Made by a program: the position numbers and the translations under genes. 64,000 nt of DNA from Phallusia mammillata (taxonomy: Eukaryota): the NCBI GenBank assembly GCA_965637545.1, contig OZ281498.1, forward strand, positions 16,368,001 through 16,432,000, read 5' to 3'. This document shows positions 63,516 through 64,000 of the stretch, piece by piece. Within the stretch, counting starts at the first letter, position 1, and each line of letters begins with the position of its first letter. The notes under the pieces are model-generated. The model ran no database searches. It was not told where the DNA came from and saw only the letters and a program-made list of their open reading frames with translations.

Positions 63516-64000
63516 CTGAAATGAAATAAATCACAGTGCTGTTTTTTTTAATTTATTTTGATACTTTAGTTTTAAACAACATTTATACAGTTTTGGTGAA
63601 CATAAAATACATTGCTATTATTTTAAAAACATTTGTTTCACCAATGGATGATAAGAAACATGAACAAAAAAATGAACATATGTGTGTTTTTTTTCATTTA
63701 TAATTTAAGGGACAATTAAAATAATACAAAATGGCCACAAAGACCCTACAAAAAACTAGAAGGGTGGCTTAGCACATATTGCCCTTGCATATACACTATA
63801 ACCTATTTGAAAAAAATAATATATTCCCTACACTTATTTTATATTGGGTCCCATATCACACACTGTCTTTTATAACCTTAGTTGTTTCTGCAGGCAGAAA
63901 CTCATGGGTCCCCACACATGCAAAGTTGTAAATAATGCATTTCAAGAAATAACCATGTGAAAATTTGGTATTGTAAGGTCAAACACGATGATTGGTACTG

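Overview
AT-rich, intron-rich animal genomic DNA; an ascidian/tunicate-like invertebrate is my inference from composition and gene style, not something shown. From left to right: the 3' part of an acyl-CoA oxidase gene (+) lies tail-to-tail with OSGEPL1 (-). A MITE-rich intergenic block follows. Next are two inverted copies of an NLR-like gene (HD1/WH/HD2-LRR-ZU5-HF/T-UPA-like region with a RHIM-like tail) that bracket TMEM26; the second copy is 5'-truncated, frameshifted and carries an RTE LINE remnant. A 21-kb array of exactly 16 near-identical ~1.31-kb units holds 15 intact U6 snRNA genes. Both array borders cut U6 at the same internal site and are flanked by the same 8-bp sequence, TCGCGCTT, joined to what look like the two ends of a U6-targeting (Dada-like) DNA element arranged inside-out. 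The window ends in a minus-strand gene with atlastin/GBP-like helical repeats fused to an MLKL/RIPK-type pseudokinase. Its introns contain hAT MITEs and a palindromic Penelope-like hammerhead insert. All exon calls and family assignments were made by eye and from recalled motifs; no searches were run.
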